From: Polyangiaceae bacterium
Lineage (GTDB): Bacteria; Myxococcota_A; Polyangia; Polyangiales; Polyangiaceae
NCBI GenBank assembly: GCA_965222375.1
Contig: CBDCTZ010000012.1
Location: 256,001-320,000, forward strand
Reading direction: 5' to 3'
Length of the DNA: 64,000 nt
Numbering within the stretch: position 1 is the first letter of the stretch; each line of letters starts with the position of its first letter. Position numbers and translations under genes: made by a program. A model generated the notes under the pieces. The model did not search any database. It worked only from the letters and a program-made list of their open reading frames with translations, and was not told where the DNA came from. This document shows positions 1-11,296 of this stretch, one piece after another.

Positions 1-226
1 GGTGAGCGCTGCCCTCGCTGAGCTTCAGCTTGCGGCAACAGAACTCGTACATGGAGGAGCATGCCTCCCTCCGCTCCAAGCGCCGTGCTTCGACCTCACC
101 GAGGTACGCCACGAGCTGTGCCGTGATCTTACGCCGGGAGCCAATCACGCTGCCCAGGTTCGCCAGGACTTCATCGTCCGAGAGATGCTCCATTCGCTTT
201 TCGATTCGTGGCGTGGTGAGTTTCAT
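1..226 (-). CDS. 5' part of a probable myxobacterial DUF222/HNH endonuclease-family protein (runs off the window edge)
   Basis: Not in the ORF track. Manual translation from ATG 226 gives MKLTTPRIEKRMEHLSDDEVLANLGSVIGSRRKITAQLVAYLGEVEARRLERREACSSMYEFCCRKLKLSEGSAH, resembling the N-terminus I recall for multicopy myxobacterial HNH proteins. The HNH domain itself would lie outside the window. Confidence 0.7.
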   Translation of the reverse strand, partial: MKLTTPRIEKRMEHLSDDEVLANLGSVIGSRRKITAQLVAYLGEVEARRLERREACSSMYEFCCRKLKLSEGSAH

Positions 227-828
227 GCCTACTTGCCTAACACGCGTTTATTTGGCTTCTCAGCGGACACGCTGCGTGACGATCGCGACCCCGATCGACG
301 CGCGCGCCGTCTCGCGACCAAAACCGCGCAGACGTGTCACACAGGCGCGGCACGCGCGCACAAATCGCTAGGCTTGCGTGTCGCGCGCACGTGCGCTTGG
401 AAACCTGTCAACAAGATTCGTAAGAAAAACTTGTGGGTCGAGTTGTGGAAGCAGCGATGCGAATCGGTGCGCAACCTGAGCGCAAGACAATGCCCGAGGC
501 CAATGCGCCGCGCGCTCCGCGCTCTCGCATTGCTGCCCAACCTCCACTAGCGAAGGTGAATCGCAACGTCGATGTACTCGCGCAACACCCTTCCTTCCTG
601 AGAACACGCTGACACCCGTGGCGCCGGCGCCCCGGCGGAGGTGCGGAGGTGGCGGGCCTCCAAAGGCCCGCCCGCACCGAAGCCCTATCAGTCGGCAAGA
701 CACCCATCGCCGGCGCGTTTTTCCGCAACCCAACGTCGCGGCGCTTTGCATCGCTCGCGAAGGAAACGGATCGCGTGCGTCACCGGCTACCCGACTCGTG
801 GTTGTCGCTGCCTCGCTGGCCGGCGATC

Positions 829-1268
829 TCAGGCTCCGCCGTCGCAATCGTCTTCGCACTCCCAGCCACTGTCACCGCAGATGGGTGTTCCGCAGACGCA
901 CGAGAAGCTTCCAGTGCAACCGGCATCCGGTGAGTCTGGGACGCAGCAAAGACAAGCTCCGGAGTCCCACGGGCAGTCGTTGTACACCGGTTCCGAGCGG
1001 AAGCCAGGGCCACACTTTTTCGCGCAGCGGCACTGTCCTCCCGAGTTCGTGCACCCCCTCCGGTCGGCACGCCGTCACTCCGCGCGTCGCCGGTGCCGGA
1101 GCTCGCGCCAGTTCCGGCGGTTCCCGAACTCGCGCCAGTTCCGGCGGTTCCCGAGCTGCCGGTCGGGCCCGTGTCGTCAGTTGACTGGCACGCGGGCGCG
1201 GCTAAGAGGCCAAATACCGAGAGAAGCGTGCGCGTCACCAGCTCAAGGCTGGTGGGCCTTGCCACCAC
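829..1268 (-). pseudogene. Frameshifted Gly/Ser-linker, Cys-rich lipoprotein
   Basis: Signal/lipobox (LLAAPAC) and G/S/T linker are in one frame. The Cys-rich domain CTNSGGQCRCAKKC...WECEDDCDGGA* continues in another frame after the C5 run at 1054-1058, ending at the stop at 829-831. Confidence 0.7.
1095..1160. repeat. 27-bp tandem repeat (about 2.5 copies; GASSGTAGT on minus strand)
   Basis: CTCGCGCCAGTTCCGGCGGTTCCCGA occurs twice in tandem. Confidence 0.85.
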
Positions 1269-1329
1269 CCGTCAATCGGTCTCGTGAGGATAGCATGCCA
1301 GCGCATCTGGCGACGCGCGGTCGTTGAGT

Positions 1330-2190
1330 CTACGGCGCAGCAGGCGCACAACTGCCGGACCCGCAACTCTGGGAGCAACAGTCCTTCCAGCTCGAGCAGG
1401 GGCCCCCGACGGGTTTGCAGGGTGGGGTCGAGCCGACGCAGGCGCCCGCTTTGCAGGTCTTGGAGCAACAGTCCTGCCAAGTGATACAGGGTTGGTTGGC
1501 GAGGTTGCAGGCGCCCGCCTCCGACGTGCAGGTTCCGGCGAGGCACTGTGATGAACAGCACTCCGTGTTCTCACTGCACGATGCTCCGGCCTTCCTGCAC
1601 TCGCAGTACCCCCATTCGCAACTACCGCTGCAGCAAGGAAGCACGTCAGCGCAGTAGCCGCCACTTTTGACGCACGTCACGGCGTCGGGGACCGGTGGAG
1701 CATCCCACACGGGGGCGTCGTACGCCGGCGCATCCCAGGGCGGCGCGTCCCAAACTGGAGCATCCAATGGCGGCGCGTCCCACACGGGTGCATCCCATAT
1801 GGGAGCGTCGTGCACCGGCGCATCCCAAACTGGAGCATCCAATGGCGGGGCGTCCCACAACGGGGCGTCGTACACCGGGGCATCATGGACGGGTGCGTCC
1901 CACACCGGGGCATCGGGCAGGGATGAGTCCAGGGGAGCGGCATCTGGCGGGAGTGCGTCGGACGCGTTCGCCTGGCATTGGCCCTGGCTGCAGACGGCGG
2001 AACAACACTCCGAGTACGTAACGCATCCGCCAGTGTTGGGGATACAGCTGTGTGAGTCCGCAGTCGCGTCAGCGTCCATGCCGGCGTCGGGCTGGCGGCT
2101 GCTATCGTCGCTGTCCGTACTGCCTGAGCACCCGGCTGCGATGAGGGCTGCAGGTCCAAGCAGAATGCAGAGACGGATCCATACGCGCAT
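1330..2190 (-). CDS. Lipoprotein with five C-C-CC-C-C (knottin-like) modules and a DAPxx pentapeptide-repeat stalk
   Basis: Likely start MRVWIRLCILLGPAALIAAGC (lipobox); five Cx6Cx5CCx3Cx4C units; DAPVW/DAPVH/DAPPL repeats. Confidence 0.85.
   Translation of the reverse strand: MRVWIRLCILLGPAALIAAGCSGSTDSDDSSRQPDAGMDADATADSHSCIPNTGGCVTYSECCSAVCSQGQCQANASDALPPDAAPLDSSLPDAPVWDAPVHDAPVYDAPLWDAPPLDAPVWDAPVHDAPIWDAPVWDAPPLDAPVWDAPPWDAPAYDAPVWDAPPVPDAVTCVKSGGYCADVLPCCSGSCEWGYCECRKAGASCSENTECCSSQCLAGTCTSEAGACNLANQPCITWQDCCSKTCKAGACVGSTPPCKPVGGPCSSWKDCCSQSCGSGSCAPAAP
1695..1965. repeat. 15-bp tandem repeat array encoding DAP(V/L/P/I/A)x
   Basis: About 15 clear copies plus 3 degenerate copies in the translated protein. 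Confidence 0.9.
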
Positions 2191-2423
2191 GTGTGCTGCT
2201 AGAGTGGAAGAGCGCCTGCTCGAGCGCAATACGAGATGGGAGATGCGTCATGTCGCGCGTCGCTGTGACGGTCCGTGGGTGGCGCCGATTGCCGAGATCA
2301 GGCCGTGCAAGGAGTGTGAGGGGGCGGCTCCTTGCGCCAGCTTCAGGCCGGTGACCGCTGCCCCGCACTCTCGCGCTGCCTGGGTGTTAGCGGTCATGAA
2401 AAAGGGCGCATAGATGGGCGCGT

Positions 2424-3191
2424 CTAAGTGGGCTTGTTCGCCTTTTTGGAGGCGGCGCGTTCTTTGGCTTCCTTTGCGCGGTAACTCTGGCCCTGGATGT
2501 GGATGACTTCGCAGCGGTGGATGAGGCGATCGACCAAGGTGACGACGCAGGCGGCGTGGGGAAAGACGTCGGGCCACTCGCTGAAGGGCTTGTTCGTGGT
2601 CAGCACCACGGGCTTGAGCGCCTCGTAGCGTCTGGTGACGACCTCGAAGAGCAGATCGGCATAGCGGCTGTCGTAGGAAAGGTAACCGACCTCGTCGACG
2701 CACAGGAGCTGCGGGTGGGTGTATTGGCGCAGGCGACGGCTGAGGGCGGCGCTGCTGTCTTGACCCGCAAGTTCGTTGAGCATGGCGCTGGCTGTGGTGA
2801 AACGCACCGTATAGCCGCGCATCACGCAGTGATGTGCGAGATTTTTGAGCAACATCGTCTTGCCGACGCCGTTGGGCCCAAGCAACACGGCATTGGCGCC
2901 TTCGGCGAATAGGTTGAGGCGAAAGAGCTCGTCGACGGAGCTCTTGTCGATCTTCTTCGGCCACTTCCAATCGAAGTCGGTGAGCGGCTTGAATCGACCC
3001 AGCCGGGCATTTTTGATGCGACGCTCCAGACTGCGCCGGGTGCGTTCGGCTTCCTCGTAGGCGAGCAACGGACCAAGCCAATCTGCGCTCACCACGTCGT
3101 CCCAGTTGGCCAGAAGACCGTGCAACCCCAGGCGGTGCGCACGCTCTCGCAGATCCTTGTCAGCCTGATCGCTCGTCGTCGTTGTCATCAT
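2424..3191 (-). CDS. istB: IS21 helper ATPase IstB
   Basis: Walker A GPNGVGKT, Walker [33 protein letters not shown] before ATG 3191. Confidence 0.95.
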   Translation of the reverse strand: MMTTTTSDQADKDLRERAHRLGLHGLLANWDDVVSADWLGPLLAYEEAERTRRSLERRIKNARLGRFKPLTDFDWKWPKKIDKSSVDELFRLNLFAEGANAVLLGPNGVGKTMLLKNLAHHCVMRGYTVRFTTASAMLNELAGQDSSAALSRRLRQYTHPQLLCVDEVGYLSYDSRYADLLFEVVTRRYEALKPVVLTTNKPFSEWPDVFPHAACVVTLVDRLIHRCEVIHIQGQSYRAKEAKERAASKKANKPT

Positions 3192-4671
3192 CGTCTCTCC
3201 CAATACCGTCGTAGTCGCTGAGTGAATGCGGGGTGACGACCGGGCCTTGCACGCGGTCGTCGTCGGGAAGATGTCGCCCCACGGGTGGAGGGGTGCCGCG
3301 CTCGTAGCGGCGTCGCTCCAGGACGTGGTGCACAGCCGCAAGGTGTGGTGTGCCGAGTTGCACAACCTCGGCCAGCGCAGCTTCCAGCTCCGCGGCCCCA
3401 ACTCGGTCCAGCTGCTTGAGCATCGCAATCGTCGCGCCGCCCAAGTTCTTGCCCTGCTCGGCCAGCACTTTGAAAAGCTTTCGGGAAGATGGCGCCGCGT
3501 GATGCAAGCGATCAAGGCCGCGATGCGCGTGGGCTTGCCGTTTCCACTCTGCAAGCGCCGCAATGTGTGCCGGCTCCTCGATCGCCTGACGGCGATCCCA
3601 GCACCGGGCGTGCTCCGCGATGGTGTCTTCACCGTCGAGGACACGCACGGTCGTCATGCTTGCCACCACGGTGAGGCTCCTGCGTGTATGCGTTGCCGGA
3701 ATGGAGTAGTCGTTCAGGTCGAAACGCACGTAGGGCGTCTTGCCCACGGCAACCTCGATGCGCTCGTCGGTCAAAAATGGATTGCTCGGTAGCTCCAACA
3801 GACGCGGCTTCTCTTCGGCGAAGGCCTCCGAGACGTTCAGGGTCTCATCCTCGGGACAACGACGCTCCGCCGCAGTGCCCAGGCACCAGTCGAGTGCTTG
3901 CTCATTCAGATCGTCGAGATCGCGATACTCGCGTGCGGCGAAGAAGCTGGATCTGATGTAGCGGATCGCGCGCTCGACGCGGCCCTTCTCATTGCCGCGT
4001 GCCACCGCGACTGGGCGTGGCTCGTAGCGATAGTGGCCAGCTAACTCCAGCAGCGTGGGGTGAAAACGGATCGCATCGCCCTTGCGCTCCAGCACCGCAC
4101 TCTTGAGATTGTCGTACAGCAGGACCCGTGGAACGCCTGCCCAGAAATCAAACGCAGACACATGCCCGTGAAGAAAACTCGACATGTTGGCGTTCAGGTA
4201 GAAGCGTAGAAACACCATCCGCGACCAGCTGAGCACCATCACAAATGCCATCAGCTGCCGGCTCGCTCGCCCAACTGAAAGAGTCCCGAAATGCGCCCAA
4301 TCCACTTGGCCCTGTTCGCCAGGCAGCGTGCGCAAACGCATGTACGCTTCCGCTGTTGGTCGCGGTCTGTGTCGAGCGACGATGCGGCGAAAATGATCTG
4401 AGCCGCCCTGGTAGCCCCGCTCTTTCGCCATCGCGTAAACGCGGATCGCCGGCAGCTTCGGGTACTGCGCCAGCGTCTCGATGATCAGTGGGACGTAGGG
4501 ATCGGTAATTGACGGACGCAGACTCCGGGACACCGTGTCGACCCCGGCGTCTCGCAGGACACGCCGCACCGTGCCGTGGTGGATGCCAAGCTGCTGGGCA
4601 ATCGTCCCGATCTTCCACTTCTCCGCGTGGTACAGCCGGAGGATTTCGGCTCTGCGCTCCTTGCTGATCAC
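3160..4671 (-). CDS. istA: IS21 DDE transposase IstA
   Basis: N-terminal [34 protein letters not shown] motifs. Confidence 0.95.
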   Translation of the reverse strand: MISKERRAEILRLYHAEKWKIGTIAQQLGIHHGTVRRVLRDAGVDTVSRSLRPSITDPYVPLIIETLAQYPKLPAIRVYAMAKERGYQGGSDHFRRIVARHRPRPTAEAYMRLRTLPGEQGQVDWAHFGTLSVGRASRQLMAFVMVLSWSRMVFLRFYLNANMSSFLHGHVSAFDFWAGVPRVLLYDNLKSAVLERKGDAIRFHPTLLELAGHYRYEPRPVAVARGNEKGRVERAIRYIRSSFFAAREYRDLDDLNEQALDWCLGTAAERRCPEDETLNVSEAFAEEKPRLLELPSNPFLTDERIEVAVGKTPYVRFDLNDYSIPATHTRRSLTVVASMTTVRVLDGEDTIAEHARCWDRRQAIEEPAHIAALAEWKRQAHAHRGLDRLHHAAPSSRKLFKVLAEQGKNLGGATIAMLKQLDRVGAAELEAALAEVVQLGTPHLAAVHHVLERRRYERGTPPPVGRHLPDDDRVQGPVVTPHSLSDYDGIGRDDDDNDDERSG

Positions 4672-5018
4672 CGCGCACCTCGTCCACGCATGCGACGAAA
4701 GTCACCCACGCCTCGTAGGCGCTTTGGGCGGGCGCGGCCGGCGACCTCGTACTGCACGAGTTGGCTTTCCCCGGGCCATAGCTCGTCGCCAAACAGCCCC
4801 GAGTCGAGCCAACTTGGGCAGTTCTGCTCCGCAGTAATCGCAACGCAGAGCTTCGCCCCGCTCCACAGCGCGAGCCCTTCGAGCAATGTCAGAAGAGCGC
4901 GAGGGTGAGACGGTCGCAGCGACAGCCTCGCTTTCAGCACATCCCCTTGTTCCGGAGACGTCACCAGAAGCTGCATCTCCGTTTTCGAAACCTGAAGCTG
5001 GGCTGTCAGACGCATCAT
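4668..5018 (-). CDS. IS21-associated hypothetical protein (116 aa), coupled to istA
   Basis: SD GAGG upstream of ATG 5018; its TGA overlaps the istA GTG start (GTGA); sequence includes [25 protein letters not shown]. Confidence 0.7.
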   Translation of the reverse strand: MMRLTAQLQVSKTEMQLLVTSPEQGDVLKARLSLRPSHPRALLTLLEGLALWSGAKLCVAITAEQNCPSWLDSGLFGDELWPGESQLVQYEVAGRARPKRLRGVGDFRRMRGRGAR

Positions 5019-5334
5019 TGGGGTTAGCCTCGAGGACGGCGTGCCGTGCCGCCTCACTCTCGGGTCCACTGCTGCGCCCGCTGGCGTCTAATGACGAGGG
5101 GTGATGCGTCACTTTTTCTCGCCGCCGCGCCCGGTGACGGGCTTGTCGCTCTGCGTGAAGCCGCGCTCCACGGCGCGTGCGCTGGTACCGAGCCCCCGCC
5201 TCTCGCACGCTTTGGCTGCGACTTATTGAAGCGCAGTCACTGCTGCAATACAGCTGCCCTCGGTCGCAACGTTGGCAAAGCTTCACCTGGCCGTGGCACC
5301 GCTGACAGTTGAAAAGCCGGAACGAATCGCTGAT
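4702..5334 (-). CDS. IS21-associated Cys-motif (putative Zn-binding), Arg-rich protein
   Basis: Frame is open upstream of the tracked GTG 5286: (ATC)SDSFRLFNCQRCHGQVKLCQRCDRGQLYCSSDC, then a basic helix and a late RCDYCG. SD GGAG lies 6 nt before ATC 5334. Confidence 0.6.
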   Translation of the reverse strand: MSDSFRLFNCQRCHGQVKLCQRCDRGQLYCSSDCASISRSQSVREAGARYQRTRRGARLHAERQARHRARRREKVTHHPSSLDASGRSSGPESEAARHAVLEANPNDASDSPASGFENGDAASGDVSGTRGCAESEAVAATVSPSRSSDIARRARAVERGEALRCDYCGAELPKLARLGAVWRRAMARGKPTRAVRGRRPRPPKAPTRRG

Positions 5335-5679
5335 CGCGGACTCCGCCCAGCAGTTTTCTGGATCCGTACGCCGCTATCAGCGATGCTTGCGCCACAACTG
5401 ATCGCGGTTGGAAAGGCTCGGGTTGCGCCCCGGGCCTTTCATCTATCTGGGCATCGAGATCATCCAAGCGCCCACCCGACCGGGCCCAATTTCACGCGCT
5501 CTATCCGACGGCGTAAATCCGGGCATCACTCACGCGCAAATATGGGCACCTCCGCCATGCCGCCCACTTAGACGCCGTTTCGGATGCCCGTTGACACCTG
5601 GGTACAATGGGACGCGGCCAGCGGGAAAAAAGCCGTGCTCGAAAGCACGCCCACGATGTGAAACAATGAGCCGCATCGG

Positions 5680-6789
5680 ATGAGCTTGAAGATCGACCAG
5701 GACCACTCGCGCTTTCGCAATATCGTGCGCGGCAAGATCCGAAAGAACCTGCGCAAGTACATTTCCCAGGGAGAAATGCTGGGGCGCAAGGGCAAGGACG
5801 TGGTCAGCATTCCGATCCCGCAAATCGACATTCCGCGTTTCACCTTCGGCGAGAAACAGCAGGGTGGGGTTGGCCAAGGCGATGGCGAGCCTGGCGATCC
5901 CATTGGCGGCGAAGAGCAGGAAGGCGATGGCCAGGGGCAAGCGGGCAAAGATGCCGGGCAGCACGTGCTCGAAGTCGACGTGACCCTTGACGAGCTGGCG
6001 GACATCTTGGGTGAGGAACTCGAGCTTCCTGCCATCGAGAACCGTGGCAAGAGCCGAATCATCAGTGCCAAAGATCGCTACACGGGCATACGACGAGTCG
6101 GTCCGGAATCCCTACGCCACTTCCGGCGGACCTACCGCGAAGCACTCAAGCGCTCCATAGCCAGCGGGATCTACAACCCGGCGCTGCCTTTGGTCGTCCC
6201 CCACCCCGAAGACCGGCGCTACCGCTCTTGGAAAGAAGATCAGGAGCCCGTCGCGAACGCCGTGATCATCTACATGATGGATGTGTCCGGATCCATGGGG
6301 GACGAGCAGAAGGAAATCGTCCGAATCGAGAGTTTCTGGATCGATACCTGGCTGCAGCGTCAATACAAAGGGCTCGAGAGCCGCTACATCATCCACGACG
6401 CCGTGGCGCGGGAAGTGGATCGGGAGACTTTCTTCAGCACTCGGGAATCGGGCGGCACGATGATATCGAGCGCGTACAAGCTGTGCGCGGATCTGATCAG
6501 TCAGCACTACCCACCCGACGAGTGGAATATCTACCCATTCCACTTTTCCGACGGGGACAATTGGAGCATGGACGACACGCTGACCTGCATCGAGTTGCTC
6601 AAGGGCGACATGCTGCAGAAGGTGAACGTCTTTTCCTATGGGCAAGTGGAAAGCCCCTACGGCTCGGGTCAGTTCATCAAAGATCTGAAAGAGCACTTCG
6701 GGGCCGATGAACGTGTGATCACCAGCGAGATACGTGACCGTGACGCCATCGTGGGCAGCATCAAAGACTTCCTAGGGAAGGGCAAGTGA
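5680..6789 (+). CDS. yeaH: YeaH/YhbH (DUF444) family protein
   Basis: [41 protein letters not shown] motifs. Confidence 0.93.
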   Translation: MSLKIDQDHSRFRNIVRGKIRKNLRKYISQGEMLGRKGKDVVSIPIPQIDIPRFTFGEKQQGGVGQGDGEPGDPIGGEEQEGDGQGQAGKDAGQHVLEVDVTLDELADILGEELELPAIENRGKSRIISAKDRYTGIRRVGPESLRHFRRTYREALKRSIASGIYNPALPLVVPHPEDRRYRSWKEDQEPVANAVIIYMMDVSGSMGDEQKEIVRIESFWIDTWLQRQYKGLESRYIIHDAVAREVDRETFFSTRESGGTMISSAYKLCADLISQHYPPDEWNIYPFHFSDGDNWSMDDTLTCIELLKGDMLQKVNVFSYGQVESPYGSGQFIKDLKEHFGADERVITSEIRDRDAIVGSIKDFLGKGK

Positions 6790-7484
6790 GCGCGGACGCC
6801 TCTGAAGAGCAGCGCCTCATCTACGACCAGCACGCCGAGCGCTACGCCGCCCTGGTGCAAGTCGAAGATGCGGATGGCCGGCTACGCGCCGCAGTTCAAG
6901 CCTTGGTTGGAGCTGGCAGTGACGTCTTGGACGTCGGCGCCGGTACGGGTCGCCTCACGGATTGGCTACTGGACGCAGGCGGCCGGGTGACGGCTCTGGA
7001 CCAGGCTCCGGCGATGCTGGAGGTTGCGCGACAACGTCTGGGGGATCGCGCGACCGTCGTCGTCGGCGACGCACGCAAGCTGCCCTTCGAGCGCCGCTTC
7101 GATCTCGCGATTGCAGGTTGGGCCTTCGGTCACTTCTGCCACTGGTTTTCTGAGGATGCCCTCGGCCAGATAGCAGCGGCGGTGGGAGAGATGGAGCGCG
7201 TCGTCCGCGCGGGCGGCGACGCGGTCATCATCGAGACCTATGGCACCGCCGTCACGGAGGCGGGGCCGCCCAACCCTTCACTGGCCAGCTACTACGACAT
7301 GCTCACCGCTCGGGGATTCACCCGACGCGTTCTGGAAACGGATTACGTCTTCAGCAGTCTGGACGCGGCCGTCGAGCAATGCAGCTTCTTCTTCGGTGAA
7401 GGAAAGGGCAAGTGGGTGCGCCAGGCTGGTAGCCCGAGGGTTCCCGAGTTCACCGCGATGTTTACCAAGAAAGTGGAGCACTGA
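6786..7484 (+). CDS. Class I SAM-dependent methyltransferase
   Basis: VLDVGAGTG motif I, GDARKLPF; overlaps the yeaH stop (GTGA). Confidence 0.88.
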   Translation: MSADASEEQRLIYDQHAERYAALVQVEDADGRLRAAVQALVGAGSDVLDVGAGTGRLTDWLLDAGGRVTALDQAPAMLEVARQRLGDRATVVVGDARKLPFERRFDLAIAGWAFGHFCHWFSEDALGQIAAAVGEMERVVRAGGDAVIIETYGTAVTEAGPPNPSLASYYDMLTARGFTRRVLETDYVFSSLDAAVEQCSFFFGEGKGKWVRQAGSPRVPEFTAMFTKKVEH

Positions 7485-7489
7485 GCGCG

Positions 7490-9051
<1,562 letters not shown>

Positions 9052-9055
<4 letters not shown>

Positions 9056-10311
9056 GACATCCGGCCCGTGTGCAATTGGCCTGGGGGTTGCCCAGCCTTT
9101 GGCTCTTCGTGCTGGCCTGCGGTGCAGAGCCGGGCCCGGAGGCGAGCGCGCCTGCCAGCGGACCTCACTCAGCCCCGCAACCCAGTCTGTACGACACTCC
9201 GCCAGCATCGAACCCAACACTCGGTGGAGGCGGGCTGACTGGCCCGCCGCCATGCGTGCCTGGGCCGGACGGCAAGTGCCCGCCCCCAGCTCCGACCGCT
9301 ACGACAACCGCGCCAGCCGTACCCGCGCCGAAACCACCTCCTCCCAAGCCAGGCACGGTCGTGGGCGGCCTGGCGCGGGGCACTGGCGATGCCGCGGACA
9401 AGGCGCTCCTCAAAGGGGACAAAGCCCTGGAAGCGGATCAGCTGGCAGAGGCGAAAAAGCAGTTCACCCGCGCGCGGGCTTTGGCGCCGAAAGATCCCGC
9501 GCCTCGAGTTGGATTGGTGCGCGTGTTGCTCGCAAAGTCCGGGGTGGTCACCGACTACGCGTCTGCGCCGAACAACGCCAAGATGAAGCGCTTGCTTGTC
9601 GACTTGGCCCGCGCCGAAAAACTGAATGCGGACTACGGACCGCTGCATGTGGAGAAGGGGAGGATCCAACTGATCCTCGGCCGCGCAGAAGCGGCGCTGT
9701 CGTCTTTGGAGCTCGGCGTGAAGCTCTCGCCCTTCGATCCCGAGGCACACTCCGCTTTGGGAGTGGCGCAACTGGCGACAGGCAAGACCGAACCGGCCCT
9801 GAAGCGCTTTCGGCGCGCGGCGGAACTCAATCCGGACAATCCTGCGCGGCTAACCAACCTGGGCACCGCCTACATGATGCGCGGCCGAGTCACCGAAGCT
9901 GTGCGGGCCTACGAACGCGCGGTGCTGCTAGCACCCAAAGATGCTAGGGCCCGAGGGGATCTGGGCACTGCACTGCTCAGCCTGTCGAAATTCGACAAGG
10001 CCCTGCCCCACTTGGAAGCCGCCGTGCGCCTCGCCCCAGACCGCGCCACGTTTCTGTCGAATCTGGGTTACGCCCATCAGCAAAAGGGCGATCTCGACAA
10101 GGCCATCGGGCTGTTCGAAAAAGCGCTCAAGAAAGACCCGAAGCTCGGCTCAGCGTGGATCAACCTGGGCACCAGCAAGGCGCGCAAGAAGGACTACGCT
10201 GGTGCGGAGAAGGCCTTCAAGAAGGCTCTCGCCATCGACCCCAACGATCCGCGAGCGCAGGCCAACCTAGACGAACTCAAAGCCCTGCGCGCCGGACCGA
10301 AGAAACCCTGA
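9052..10311 (+). CDS. TPR-repeat lipoprotein
   Basis: Lipobox VLAC, Pro-rich linker, multiple TPR helices (NLGTAY, NLGYAH, WINLG). Confidence 0.88.
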
Positions 10312-10343
10312 GCGCGTCGCGCAGGTGGTCTTTGGTCCAGGCA

Positions 10344-11126
10344 CTACTTGCAGGTTCCCGGAGTGTCTGGCGCCGCGCACAGCGCCAGACAGCCGCATAC
10401 GGATGCTCCTACGCACTTCTTACCCTTGGGGCACTCGGTGTCTTTCCAGCACTTGCCTGGCACGGGCATCTTGCAGACGTTGTTGACGCAAGGCGTGTAG
10501 ACGAGGTCACCGCACTCGAAGTCGGTCTTGCAGCAGCCACCTGGAGGCGGCGGAGGAGGCGGTGGTGGCGGCGGCCCGCCGCACCAACCGAGCTGATCTG
10601 CGGCATAGCAGTCCATGCCGCAGGGACACACGAAGGCACCGTTGCAACTGATACCCTTGCCGCAGTCGCTGTCGCGCCAGCAGCGCCCGGGAGGTGCGCT
10701 TGGAATGCAATTACCCTCGACGCAGACCGTGCTGCCGGGGTAGGGCTCGTCCTCGGAATCCCCAAACCACTGCGGGCAGGAGAGATCACTGGTGCAACAA
10801 GGGCCGATGCCACCGGCGCCCGCGATTCCGCCCACGGCGCCACTACCGGCTACGCCGCCAACAGCGCCACTGCCCGCGACTCCGCCAACCGCGCCGCTGC
10901 CCGCAATGCCGCCAACCGCGCCGCTGCCTGCGATGCCGCCAACTGCGCCGCTGCCCGCGCCGCCGCTGACCGCGCCACTTCCGCCGCTTCCAGAAAAGGC
11001 TCCGGTACCGGCGCTATTGCCGCTGCCCGCCGCGTTGCCGCTGCCCGCGGCGCCCCCGCCGTCCTGTTTCACCGAGCCGCCGCAGGCGACGACCGTCAAG
11101 GCGCAAAGCCAGATCGCGTGTCTCAT
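10344..11126 (-). CDS. Gly-rich linker / Cys-rich lipoprotein
   Basis: Lipobox VVAC; AGSGAVGG(I/V) repeats; duplicated CC..C..PGxCWxDxxC..CxGAxVCxC modules. Confidence 0.85.
   Translation of the reverse strand: MRHAIWLCALTVVACGGSVKQDGGGAAGSGNAAGSGNSAGTGAFSGSGGSGAVSGGAGSGAVGGIAGSGAVGGIAGSGAVGGVAGSGAVGGVAGSGAVGGIAGAGGIGPCCTSDLSCPQWFGDSEDEPYPGSTVCVEGNCIPSAPPGRCWRDSDCGKGISCNGAFVCPCGMDCYAADQLGWCGGPPPPPPPPPPPGGCCKTDFECGDLVYTPCVNNVCKMPVPGKCWKDTECPKGKKCVGASVCGCLALCAAPDTPGTCK
10820..10985. repeat. 27-bp tandem repeat (AGSGAVGGI/V, about 6 copies)
   Basis: Visible in both DNA and protein. Confidence 0.85.
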
Positions 11127-11139
11127 GTCGGCGCACTAG

Positions 11140-11155
11140 AGCGAATCGCGTGCCA
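11140..11155 (-). promoter_or_regulatory. Putative sigma54 (-24/-12) promoter
   Basis: Minus strand TGGCACGCGATTCGCT (GG-N10-GC), 13 nt upstream of ATG 11126. Confidence 0.65.
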
Positions 11156-11296
11156 ACACCGCGGCGGCGAAGGTCCGAGGTTTTTCCGGCGCTGTGGGAC
11201 GTGGCGCGGGCCGCAGGGATGGCACAACTGGGGCAAATGGCACACTGCCTCGGAACGATGTGTCCCTAACCGACCCAGTTGGGCGCGAGCCGACTC

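Larger units (their letters stand above)
2385..5596 (-). mobile_element. Complete IS21-family insertion sequence, 3212 bp, with accessory ORFs
   Basis: istA and istB present. TG..CA ends with imperfect terminal inverted repeats (TGTTAGCGGTCATGAAAAAGGGCG vs TGTCAACGGGCATCCGAAACGGCG). Subterminal perfect 14-bp inverted copy GCGTCTAAGTGGGC (2420-2433 / 5562-5575). Target duplication CCTGGG at 2379-2384 and 5597-5602. Confidence 0.95.

Noticed and set aside
1667..2413. Plus-strand ORF with GASHT/GASQT repeats
   Set aside because: Antisense shadow of the DAPxx lipoprotein.
3192..3644. N-terminal extension of IstB or a frameshifted IstA-IstB fusion
   Set aside because: There is a good SD and ATG at 3191, no obvious slippery site, and the extension looks like off-frame sequence.
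5591..5608. IS-supplied TTGACA plus flanking TACAAT as a hybrid sigma70 promoter
   Set aside because: The spacer is only 6 bp; the position 17 bp downstream reads GCGGCC.
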